Assembly: GCA_963676915.2 (NCBI GenBank)
Contig: CAXXVK010000033.1
Coordinates: forward strand, 1 to 64,000
DNA: 64,000 nt
Source: Myxococcota bacterium
GTDB lineage: Bacteria > Myxococcota_A > SURF-8 > G963663525
Direction: 5' to 3'
The notes under the pieces were generated by a model, which was not told the origin of the DNA, searched no databases, and saw only the letters and a program-made list of their open reading frames with translations. Positions 12,993 through 21,597 of this stretch are shown here, piece by piece (the stretch's first letter is position 1; each line of letters begins with the position of its first letter). The position numbers were made by a program, and so were the translations under genes.

Positions 12993-15731
12993 ATGGCGAA
13001 GGACAAGAAGGCTTCCAGCGGCTTTTTCGATAACGCGCCTGTGGAGAAATTGTACGAGCAAACCACGGAGATCGATTCGAAAACTGGAAAATCCGTAAAG
13101 AAGAGTGAAGATCCTGAAATTCTTGGAGAAATTTCTATCTCAAAATCTTCTTCCTCTCAAAGTTCCCCACCTCCCACTCCCAATGAAAACGCTTCATCAT
13201 CGCATGGCGGCACTGTGGAAACGGAAGTGGATGATGCGCTGGATTTTGCCGAAAACTCGTCAAAAACATCCGACTCTCGCTATTTCAACGAAAAAAACGA
13301 AAACTCATTGGCCGACGAACCTACGCATATTCTGGATCTCGAAGAAATCCAGAGCATGCCGGAGATTAAAAGCGCCAAACTCTCTGTGGTCGATGGTCCG
13401 GAGCGCGGCAAGGAATTTCTGGTATCTTATAATGAAATGTTCGGTGGACGCAGTATCGAAAACGATTTCGTGATCTCCGACCTTGCGATTTCCAGGCGAC
13501 ATTTTAGAATCACCCGCCGGATGGAAGATTATATCCTTACCGATATGCAAAGCGGGAACGGAACGTATCTCAATGGCGTTCGTACCCATCAGCAGGTATT
13601 GACAAATAATGACATGATTGTCGTCGGAAAAAGCGTGATTCGATTTACCAATGAACCGACCGATCAACCTGCCGAGGTGAAGAAGTCAGCCAATGAGCAA
13701 GGATTTCCGCCGCCGCCGCAGACTTCCGAAGCGACAGCTCCACCACCGGCTCCAACATCTCCAACACCTCCTCCGGTCGCTAACCAGGCAACTGAGGAAT
13801 CTGCTAGTGGGAAAAAGACCTTGGAAATGGAGTCGTTGGACAGCGGGGAGAAATCTCAACCAGCGGAGCCTAAAAAGACCGAACAGAAGAAAACCTCGCC
13901 AGATCCAGCCAAGGTCGAGGCGAAGCCTGAACCCAAGAAAACCCAAGAAATGGGGAGTATGGAGCTTGAAAAGAAGGATGTGGTTCCTCCAAAGACCGAT
14001 CTTCCTCCTGCTCCGCCTCCAATGAAGGATGAACCGAAAAAAACACTGGATATGAATCGTATCGAGGATAGTCAGCCGACGCCTGACGTTTCAAACGTAA
14101 CGCCTCCTCCATCCTATAAAAAGAAAACGAAGGGGACCAAGGTTTCAGAAAAGCCGAAGATTAAGCGGACAAAAACCCAGGAAGAATTCGTACGATCGTT
14201 GGAGCAAGAGACTCTCAATGCCGTGGATACTGCTCCCGCTGAAATCAGTTTAAAAACCTCGGTTCCTCCCCAAAGAGCCGAGGAAAAGAAACCTCTACCA
14301 AAGTCTTCAGAAGAACCGACCTTTGTGCAGACTCGCAGTCCCCGCCAACCGGTGACGCCGGGCACTAAGCCGGAGAAAGAAGGGTCGGGTGGCTTGATTA
14401 TTGCCGTGGTTGTGGCGTTGGTTGCCGTGATTTCTGTAGGTGCTATCGTTCTGCTCAACCAGCAGAAAAGTGCACCGAAACCGGCCCCCATTGCGGAAGA
14501 AGCCGCACCGAAAGTCGATCCTACAGAGGCAAAAGTCAAAACCCTGATGGAGCAAGCGCGAATTCAGTTGAAAAACGATATGTTCGATCGCGCTATTGCG
14601 AAATGCGAGCAAGCTCTCCAGTTGTCCGCCAATAACACGGATGTGCTTCAGCTCAAATCGTGGATCGCCAAGGAACAGCGTTTCAAGGAAATCGTCGAAA
14701 CTGCCGAAACCCGGCTGGCGGCAAGTGATCCGCAGGATAGTTACGAGGCATTGAAAGAAATTTCTAACGAATCCAAATATCACGGACAGGCTGTTGAGTT
14801 GATCGCCAAGTTCGATTCGTTAGCGTGGCAAAAACAGGTGGATGAAGCCGATAAACTGATGAACCGGCGGAAATACAACGAAGCGCTTGAAATCGTTAAC
14901 AGCGTTCTTGTCCAAAAACCGGGACATATTCAGGCTCAGAGGATCAAAATCATCTGCGAGGCGAAGCTTGCCAACAAAATTGTGGTGGCGGCCCCTTCGA
15001 AACATGCCGAACCGGAACCTGCCCAAGAACCGACACCCCCGAAGCCTGCGTCACCGCCTCCCGCAAAAACCGAACCGGCCAGTCCTCCTCCTGCACCGAA
15101 ACCCGTTGCCTCTGCTCCTCCCAAGGAAAATCGTGACGGTATGCACGTTACAGGTCAATCGGATCTGAGAATGCCGATTCGGAGTTTCCGCAAGCAGAAA
15201 ATCAGCGATGCAATCGACGAAGCTCGTGCAATTTCAACTGGTTGGGGACATCAACCGACCATTCGTGAGGCGTCGAGCCTATTGAAAAAACTGGAATCTT
15301 TCAAAAGAGACTGGAATACAGGACGAAATGCCGCCGACGACAGCAACGCCAACAAGGCGATTCCTGCATTGAAAAGTGCTTGGGCTACCGCACGGGAGAT
15401 TTCGAAAGACTCCGAGTATGAAAAAGATATTCGGAAAATGCTTGGAAACATGTACTACACCCTCGGCAAAGGTTTCGAAGACCAGAAAGAGTGGAGTAAA
15501 GCGGCCAAATCGTACAAACGAGCGTTAACGGCCAATCCGGGGCACGTGCGTGCTTCCAGAGCGATGGAAGAGTTGGAAATCACGGCGAAAAAGCTGTACT
15601 ATAAAGGTTTAGCTGCCAAAAACAGCGACCCGGACGAAGCCAAAACCCATTGGCGGACCGTCAAGCAACTCGTGTCGAAGAAAAGCAAGTGGTATCGCAA
15701 AGCCGATGAAGGGCTGAAAAAGCTGGAGTGA
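12993..15731 (+). CDS. FHA domain, Pro/Lys-rich linker, single TM and TPR repeat protein
   Basis: FHA motifs GRSIEND..ISRRH..SGNGTYLNG; low-complexity linker; TM IIAVVVALVAVISVGAIVLL; C-terminal TPR-like helices. Confidence 0.85.
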   Translation: MAKDKKASSGFFDNAPVEKLYEQTTEIDSKTGKSVKKSEDPEILGEISISKSSSSQSSPPPTPNENASSSHGGTVETEVDDALDFAENSSKTSDSRYFNEKNENSLADEPTHILDLEEIQSMPEIKSAKLSVVDGPERGKEFLVSYNEMFGGRSIENDFVISDLAISRRHFRITRRMEDYILTDMQSGNGTYLNGVRTHQQVLTNNDMIVVGKSVIRFTNEPTDQPAEVKKSANEQGFPPPPQTSEATAPPPAPTSPTPPPVANQATEESASGKKTLEMESLDSGEKSQPAEPKKTEQKKTSPDPAKVEAKPEPKKTQEMGSMELEKKDVVPPKTDLPPAPPPMKDEPKKTLDMNRIEDSQPTPDVSNVTPPPSYKKKTKGTKVSEKPKIKRTKTQEEFVRSLEQETLNAVDTAPAEISLKTSVPPQRAEEKKPLPKSSEEPTFVQTRSPRQPVTPGTKPEKEGSGGLIIAVVVALVAVISVGAIVLLNQQKSAPKPAPIAEEAAPKVDPTEAKVKTLMEQARIQLKNDMFDRAIAKCEQALQLSANNTDVLQLKSWIAKEQRFKEIVETAETRLAASDPQDSYEALKEISNESKYHGQAVELIAKFDSLAWQKQVDEADKLMNRRKYNEALEIVNSVLVQKPGHIQAQRIKIICEAKLANKIVVAAPSKHAEPEPAQEPTPPKPASPPPAKTEPASPPPAPKPVASAPPKENRDGMHVTGQSDLRMPIRSFRKQKISDAIDEARAISTGWGHQPTIREASSLLKKLESFKRDWNTGRNAADDSNANKAIPALKSAWATAREISKDSEYEKDIRKMLGNMYYTLGKGFEDQKEWSKAAKSYKRALTANPGHVRASRAMEELEITAKKLYYKGLAAKNSDPDEAKTHWRTVKQLVSKKSKWYRKADEGLKKLE

Positions 15732-15761
15732 TACGAGGTCGCCTGACCGATCGATCGCAGA

Positions 15762-16253
15762 TTAGTTTTCTTTGGCCGGATGATTCGATAGTTGCACGTC
15801 TGTCAAGCGCAGTTCTCGTGTCTTTTCATCCCAGAAACCTTCTTTTGCCTGCAAAGCGATTTCCTGGTTTGAATAGGTGATTTCCTGCATTTGCACTTGT
15901 TCAATATCCGTGGTTTCCAAGCGATTGACGTGCATTTCCCCGTTGGAATTGTCGATACGAATGACTCCCTCCAGAATCCAATGACCGTTTTTCATTTTTG
16001 CATGGTTTGCTGAGATCCGCTGTTGTTTGGCCGATTCGAACCGGGGATCGTTGAGGTGCCAGGTGTTTTCCTGTACCTCGGCCGAACGTGCTTCGAAGTG
16101 CAACGGTTCATCAACCGTAAGAAGGAGGCCCCGTAACCCTTCGATGTGAATTCCGGGGTGGGTATCGTTCGAAATTGCTTGGGGTTCGGCCATACAGCCA
16201 ACTACGAAAAGAAAAGCCGCAAGCAGGAATTCGCTTCGAAGTTGGTTTTTCAT
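15762..16253 (-). CDS. Small lipoprotein, possibly LptC/OstA-like beta-jellyroll
   Basis: Lipobox VVGC; repeated short beta-strand pattern (ISANHAKM, LQAKEGFWD); family call is tentative. Confidence 0.5.
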   Translation of the reverse strand: MKNQLRSEFLLAAFLFVVGCMAEPQAISNDTHPGIHIEGLRGLLLTVDEPLHFEARSAEVQENTWHLNDPRFESAKQQRISANHAKMKNGHWILEGVIRIDNSNGEMHVNRLETTDIEQVQMQEITYSNQEIALQAKEGFWDEKTRELRLTDVQLSNHPAKEN

Positions 16254-16265
16254 AATTATTTCAGA

Positions 16266-16877
16266 TCAATTCGTGAAATAAAGAATCAAAGCAACCACGC
16301 CAGCGAGAATCAAAGCCAGAACCAGACGTTCGGCGATTTTCAAACCTTTATTCTCTGGCGCTTTCTTTTTAGATGTTTTTGTAGTTTTTACAGGTCGAGA
16401 TATCCGTTCGACATCCTTTTGATGTTCGAGGATAACGGTTGCTTCTTTTTCCTCTTTGGATACTTCTTCATCGCTGTCTTTTAGGGTTTGATCGTCACCA
16501 GGGCTCGCGTTTTCAAGTTTCGGCGGTGTGTTCTCCGGAACGTCGAACTCTGCCGTTTCTTCATCCGAGAGAGTCGATTCTTCTTCCGATAAATGACGGA
16601 TCTCGATTTCGTAATCTCCGATACCAAGGACATCGTGTTCACGCACAAGAGTTTTGCGAACCACACGGTCCCCGTTGACGAAAACACCCCGGTAACTATC
16701 CTGATCGACGACGTATACTTCGTCTTTTTCTTTCAGCAATTGCGCGTGGTAGCGGGAAATGTTCCGTTCCATGAATTGAATGAGGTTGTCGCTGGACCGA
16801 CCGATGGTCAACACATCGTAAAGAAAGGGAATGTTTCGGATGTTTCCCTCGCTGTCGGTAATCACAATTTGAATCAT
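16266..16877 (-). CDS. FHA domain protein with C-terminal TM anchor
   Basis: IGRSSDN..NISRYHA..SYRGVFVNG FHA motifs; acidic linker; C-terminal hydrophobic helix. Confidence 0.85.
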   Translation of the reverse strand: MIQIVITDSEGNIRNIPFLYDVLTIGRSSDNLIQFMERNISRYHAQLLKEKDEVYVVDQDSYRGVFVNGDRVVRKTLVREHDVLGIGDYEIEIRHLSEEESTLSDEETAEFDVPENTPPKLENASPGDDQTLKDSDEEVSKEEKEATVILEHQKDVERISRPVKTTKTSKKKAPENKGLKIAERLVLALILAGVVALILYFTN

Positions 16878-17021
16878 GGTTTTTTACTGCCTCGAAACAC
16901 GAAGTATTTTGATTCAATGTATGGATTTTTTAACGAAAATGCAACAACATGAACCAAAACAACGATTGGATTTACAAGAAGTCCGTCGCATCGTACCGTA
17001 TCACTCAAAAGAGTTAATCGA

Positions 17022-17037
17022 TGGCAGGAATTTTGCA
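17022..17037 (+). promoter_or_regulatory. Putative sigma54 (-24/-12) promoter upstream of the radical SAM gene
   Basis: TGGCAGGAATTTTGCA, GG-N10-GC spacing, in the intergenic region. Confidence 0.55.
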
Positions 17038-17299
17038 ACATTATATACTGGATTTTTAGTAAAGGCGTTTTTCCTGATCGATTGAATGTTTGATTGGTGT
17101 GATTGTCGTAACGCGAAACATCGTGAAATTTTCAGTGGTTGCGACGAAGCTTTGTTTCTGGACTGAGCCATCGTTTTGTTGGTATTGCTTTTTTACGTAG
17201 GACAGAACGCCAGTTTACTCCGTCAACGAGAAGAAAAAACTGTGAAGTAAACCTGACGATCGAGTAATTTGTCAGTTTATCTTGACATTTCAGGTGAAC

Positions 17300-18432
17300 A
17301 TGAAAGCGATATTGCACCTAACACAACAATGTAACTTACGATGTCGGTACTGTTATGCGGCAAAAGGGAACCGCCCTTCGATGTCGATGGAAACCGCACG
17401 TAAGGCCATTGATCTTGCGATTAAAAGTGGAAAAAATTCGGCTTGTATTTCCTATTTCGGCGGAGAACCACTGCTCGCTTTCGATAAAATCCGTACGCTG
17501 ACCGACTATGCCAAGCAGCAAGGTCGAAAAGCCGGAAAAAAGATGTATTTTCGCCTGTCTACGAATGGTACGCTACTTAACGAGGAAATTCTTCAATTTT
17601 GTCGCGACAACGAAATACTTTTCGCTCTTTCTCTCGATGGAGATCAAGAAGCCCACGACGCCCAACGCCCCACTGCTGAAGGAACGGGGAGTTTTGAAGC
17701 CATCGATTCGAAACTGGACATGATTCTCTCGCTGAATCCCTATACGGTGTTTGTTTCGGTGATCACGCCTCGCAACGCCGGGCGGCTGTTGTCTTCCGTC
17801 GAATACATGTGGGAACGAGGGATTCGCTACATGGTGCATCAGACCGCATTTTCCGACCCGAGTTGGGATAGGGAATCGTTCGAAATCCTGCGCCAAAGCT
17901 ACGTTGAGTTGGCGAAATGGTATATCGATGCCACGAGGAGCGGAGAGCCGTTTTTCCTGCATATGTTCGACGACAAAATCAAAACCCATGCTCATGCGCC
18001 GGTGAAACTGGACAAGTCTGCGATTTCGGGTTGAGGAAGTTTTCTGTCGCGCCGGATGGTCGTTGTTTTCCCTGTGTGCAATTCGTTTCCGATAAAAAAG
18101 AAGCCGAGGACTACTGCATCGGTCATGTGGATACAGGGTTTACTAAGCGTCGGGAAGAGTTGATCGCAGAAAACCGCAAGCCGCGAGAATCTTGCAAAGG
18201 TTGTGTGTTTCAGGGACGTTGCGCAAACTATTGCGGCTGTATGAACTGGCAGACCACCGGGAGCGTAACCGGGGTTTCTCCGCTCTTGTGCGAGCACGAA
18301 CGAATGGTGATTCCCATTGCCGACGAGATCGGGAATCTCCTGTGGAAAGAAAAAACTCCATTGTTTATTGATAAGCATTACAAATATATCGGAACTTATT
18401 TGGAGGAAATCTCGGCCTACGGGATCGATTGA
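17300..18432 (+). CDS. Radical SAM protein with C-terminal SPASM domain (apparent frameshift near 18010)
   Basis: CNLRCRYC, GGEPLL, TNGTLL and SLDG..AHD motifs; SPASM CDFG..DGRCFPC..CKGC-x5-C-x3-CGC..C in ORF 17917..18432; restoring one G at CTG-GGA-CAA joins the frames. Confidence 0.9.
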
Positions 18433-18493
18433 CCTTTTCGATTGTCCCGAAACGCTGGAAATTTCCAGGATCGAAATGGAAGGAAGGTACAAA

Positions 18494-19621
18494 ATGTCGT
18501 CAAATTCTCCCTTCAAGCTCGAACCCGTCAAAAGGTATCGAAACGCGGTGTATGCCTCGGAATCCGGGGAAAGCATTATCGGACGCGCCTGTTGGCTGGC
18601 CTGGACGTTTCCTCGGAAAATCGTCAAGGGGGCGGTGACCTTGCTATTGGCGGCTGGCTTGGCGTTGGGAACGGGCTGCATGGAGAATGACGCCGCTGTG
18701 AGCTATCAACCGGACCAGGGAGATGAAGACACGGAGCTTGAAGAATCAATCGAAGCGGATGACGACTATTGGTACCCAGAGACGGCGGGAGTGGAATACG
18801 AATGTTCTTCCGGCGACTTTTACTGTATCGAGAATCGATCCGTAGCCATTTGCGAGGGCGGCACATACCTACAATATGAATGCGATGCTTTTTGCGAAAG
18901 CGCCTATGGGGAAGGCTATGTTTCCGATGGCTGCAACGCGCAAGATCCCGACGATTTCTGCTCCTGTGTGGAAAAAAATTGTATTGAAGACGGTCCGGTG
19001 GCTTGTGACGAAGACGGACAGTTGGTAACCTGTGAAGAGGGTGAACTCAAGACGGTTTCCTGCTGGAACGAGTGCCCGCCGTACCCGGAAGAAGATTATT
19101 CTTTGGCTCTCGTCGATGCGTATTGCGATGACGATGCGGAAGGTCTGTGTGTCTGTGAATACGATACTTTCGACGGTGGAATGTACGAATGCTATCCTGA
19201 AGATAAACAGTGCAAAGACTCAAATACCCTGTTGGTCTGCAACGATGATTTTTACTATGAGGAAATCTCCTGCGAAGACTACTGTGCTCAGGAGTTTGGA
19301 CCGGAATATTTCTCCTGGGGTTGCGATATCGAGGCTGAAGACCCCTGCCAGTGCGAATACGGTATGACGCCCGGAATCATCGCTTCTTGCACACCCGGAG
19401 AAGTCTATTGTCCCAGCCTTCAGCATGTGGCGATTTGCGAAGCGGGAATGGATGCGCACATGATCTTTACCTGCGAGGAATACTGCGTTCGGTATTTCGG
19501 TGAGGACGCTTATCCCACAGAAGCATGTGACGAGACGAATTCCTCGAACGTATGTAGTTGTGAGACAGGAATGATCGATGGAGACATGGCGCGGGTGCTG
19601 CCCTCGGACCTGAAAAAATAA
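18494..19621 (+). CDS. Cys-rich, acidic repeat lipoprotein with long N-terminal leader; candidate substrate of the adjacent rSAM/SPASM enzyme
   Basis: RBS GGAAGG; about 40-aa extension before the hydrophobic helix; lipobox-like LGTG-C62; four 8-Cys repeats. Confidence 0.85.
   Translation: MSSNSPFKLEPVKRYRNAVYASESGESIIGRACWLAWTFPRKIVKGAVTLLLAAGLALGTGCMENDAAVSYQPDQGDEDTELEESIEADDDYWYPETAGVEYECSSGDFYCIENRSVAICEGGTYLQYECDAFCESAYGEGYVSDGCNAQDPDDFCSCVEKNCIEDGPVACDEDGQLVTCEEGELKTVSCWNECPPYPEEDYSLALVDAYCDDDAEGLCVCEYDTFDGGMYECYPEDKQCKDSNTLLVCNDDFYYEEISCEDYCAQEFGPEYFSWGCDIEAEDPCQCEYGMTPGIIASCTPGEVYCPSLQHVAICEAGMDAHMIFTCEEYCVRYFGEDAYPTEACDETNSSNVCSCETGMIDGDMARVLPSDLKK
18803..19561 (+). repeat. Four tandem protein-level repeats of about 60-70 aa, 8 Cys each
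   Basis: C-x6/7-C-x8-C-x9/11-C-x3-C-x12/16-C-x7/8-C-x-C pattern counted four times in the translation. Confidence 0.85.
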
Positions 19622-19951
19622 AACGCTTACGGTAAGCCTAGCTTATTCTAAAGGGGGAGATTTCGGTCATTTTTGCAAAATGGTCTGTGATTCTCTGCAT
19701 TTCTGCGTCAATTCTCATAATCGGTAGGGCTGTTCACCAAAACATAAAATCTCAATTCTTATATCAAATCGTACTTTCTTGCGTGTAGTACGCAATATCC
19801 GAATTGAAATGCAAGCCAAAGTATGGTACACCTTATTTGTAGGGTGAATATCAAGGTTTCGTGGTGTTTGGTAAAATAAACGAAGGCATCGTTTTCGTCT
19901 GCTGGGGGGACTAGCAAACCCGGCGACGTTTTTCTTTTTGAAGGTTTTTAT

Positions 19952-21091
19952 ATGAAAATGAAACAGCCGTTTTCCGTTAGTGCCAACGGTACGATGATCG
20001 GGCTGGCCCTCTTTTTTTCGTTGCTGGTCATGTTTGCTTTGTGGCAACTGGATTCTCCGAAAGAGAAGGAATCTCCTTCCTCCGATACGGTTTCCTCTAC
20101 GTCCACTCCTAAAAAAGAGGATTGGTTCGAGTATAAAAAAAGCCTGTACCACGGAATTCCTTCTCGGATTCTGTTTCGTTTCGAACATCGAGACGAAGCA
20201 CGGGCGACGGAGTTGTCCCGAAAAGCTTGGGAAGAGTTCGAGCGGATCGGCCAGGTATTCAATCCTTTCGATCCCCAAAGTGAAACCGGAAAACTGAACC
20301 GAAGGACATCTTCGAAAGGCGTTCGTGTCTCGGAGGATGTTCAAAAGGTTTTGCAGGATATCGCGACGCTTTACAAGGCATCGGAAGGAGCTTTCGATCC
20401 TACGTTGTGGCCGATCAAACGTTTATGGAGAGATGCCGTAGAAAGGCAAAGAATTCCCAAGGACGAAGAACTGGCCGAAGCGGTCGAGAAAACGGGATTC
20501 GACAAGGTTCACGTATACGAGGAAGGATTCCCGAAACTCGATCTCGATCGGGATGACTTGACGTTCGATTTCGGAGGAATCGCCAAGGGATACGCCGTGG
20601 ATCGCGTTCGTAACCTGCTTAAAGCCGAAGGCGCTGGGGCGGGGCTTGTGCAGTGTGGTGGGGAAATTGCCACATTCGGTGAAAAATCCGATGGCTCCTG
20701 GGTGATTGGCGTACAGCATCCCAAAGATTTACGTGCCTTGTGGGGAACGGTGAATTCCAAGACGGAGTTGCGTGTCTCCACCAGCGGAAACTATCGACAG
20801 CCGTTGTTGATTGGTGAAAAACGTTTTTACCACATTTTCGATCCAAGAAATGGTCGTCCCGTGCAGGAGAAAATCGCAGGGGTGACGGTCGCCAGTTTCG
20901 ACGCGAACGTTTCCAACGCTCTGCTCGATGCATTGGCAACCTCCATAACAGTGCTTGGATCGAAAAAAGGTTTGGAATTGGCGAAGCATTTCGGCGTGGA
21001 AGCCCTGATTCTCGTAAACGACGGAGATAGCCTCGTGGAAGTCGTCAGCGACGGTTTCGCCAGCCATTTCCGAAAAAGGAAGCATTCCTGA
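19952..21091 (+). CDS. apbE: FAD:protein FMN transferase ApbE
   Basis: GAFDPT, DFGGIAKGYAVD, GGEI, STSGNY, YHIFDP and DALAT motifs; N-terminal TM. Confidence 0.93.
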   Translation: MKMKQPFSVSANGTMIGLALFFSLLVMFALWQLDSPKEKESPSSDTVSSTSTPKKEDWFEYKKSLYHGIPSRILFRFEHRDEARATELSRKAWEEFERIGQVFNPFDPQSETGKLNRRTSSKGVRVSEDVQKVLQDIATLYKASEGAFDPTLWPIKRLWRDAVERQRIPKDEELAEAVEKTGFDKVHVYEEGFPKLDLDRDDLTFDFGGIAKGYAVDRVRNLLKAEGAGAGLVQCGGEIATFGEKSDGSWVIGVQHPKDLRALWGTVNSKTELRVSTSGNYRQPLLIGEKRFYHIFDPRNGRPVQEKIAGVTVASFDANVSNALLDALATSITVLGSKKGLELAKHFGVEALILVNDGDSLVEVVSDGFASHFRKRKHS

Positions 21092-21552
21092 TGATCGCCA
21101 AAGGAAAAGTCATAGCTCATAGTGGGGAGTTGGCGACGATCAAGGTTTGCCATGGGGAATATTGCGTAGGTTGCGGGATGCACGATCCGACCCAGACCCA
21201 TGTAGAATTCGAAGCGGAAGATCCTATTGGCGTCGAAGTGGGGCAGCATGTGGAGTTCGAAGCCAAAAAAGGGCGAATGTTCTTTGCCGTCTTGCTGGTT
21301 TTCTGGCTGCCGCTTTTGTTTCTGGCTTTGGGAGCCGGAATCGGGTATGGATTCGCGTCGGCGCTGGAAATGACGAATAGTTGGTTGCCGATAATCTTCA
21401 CGGCTGTGTTTTTCGTACTGGGGATCGTGATTGTATATTTCGTGGGGAAAAAGACCAAGGCTGGAGCGGGAATGGTCGTGCTGCGTGTTGTACCCGCCGG
21501 ATCGGCCTGTCATCATAAAACAGGGGAACGCGAAACCGAGGCTGCAACGTAA
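21091..21552 (+). CDS. rseC: RseC/MucC-like membrane protein
   Basis: C..YCVGCG cluster, G-x-x-V-G-Q-x-V motif, two TM helices; position between apbE and rnfC. Confidence 0.75.
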   Translation: MIAKGKVIAHSGELATIKVCHGEYCVGCGMHDPTQTHVEFEAEDPIGVEVGQHVEFEAKKGRMFFAVLLVFWLPLLFLALGAGIGYGFASALEMTNSWLPIIFTAVFFVLGIVIVYFVGKKTKAGAGMVVLRVVPAGSACHHKTGERETEAAT

Positions 21553-21597
21553 CGTCTTGGAATCGTAGCACTTCGACCATCGCGGAAGGATGGTTCT

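Noticed and set aside
13680-15125. Pro-rich repeats in the FHA protein as a DNA repeat array or CRISPR
   Set aside because: Low-complexity coding linker with no fixed-length repeat-spacer structure
19860-19950. Cyclic-dinucleotide riboswitch upstream of apbE (GCAAACC seen)
   Set aside because: The downstream GNRA loop, GACGCAAAGC segment and second stem are missing
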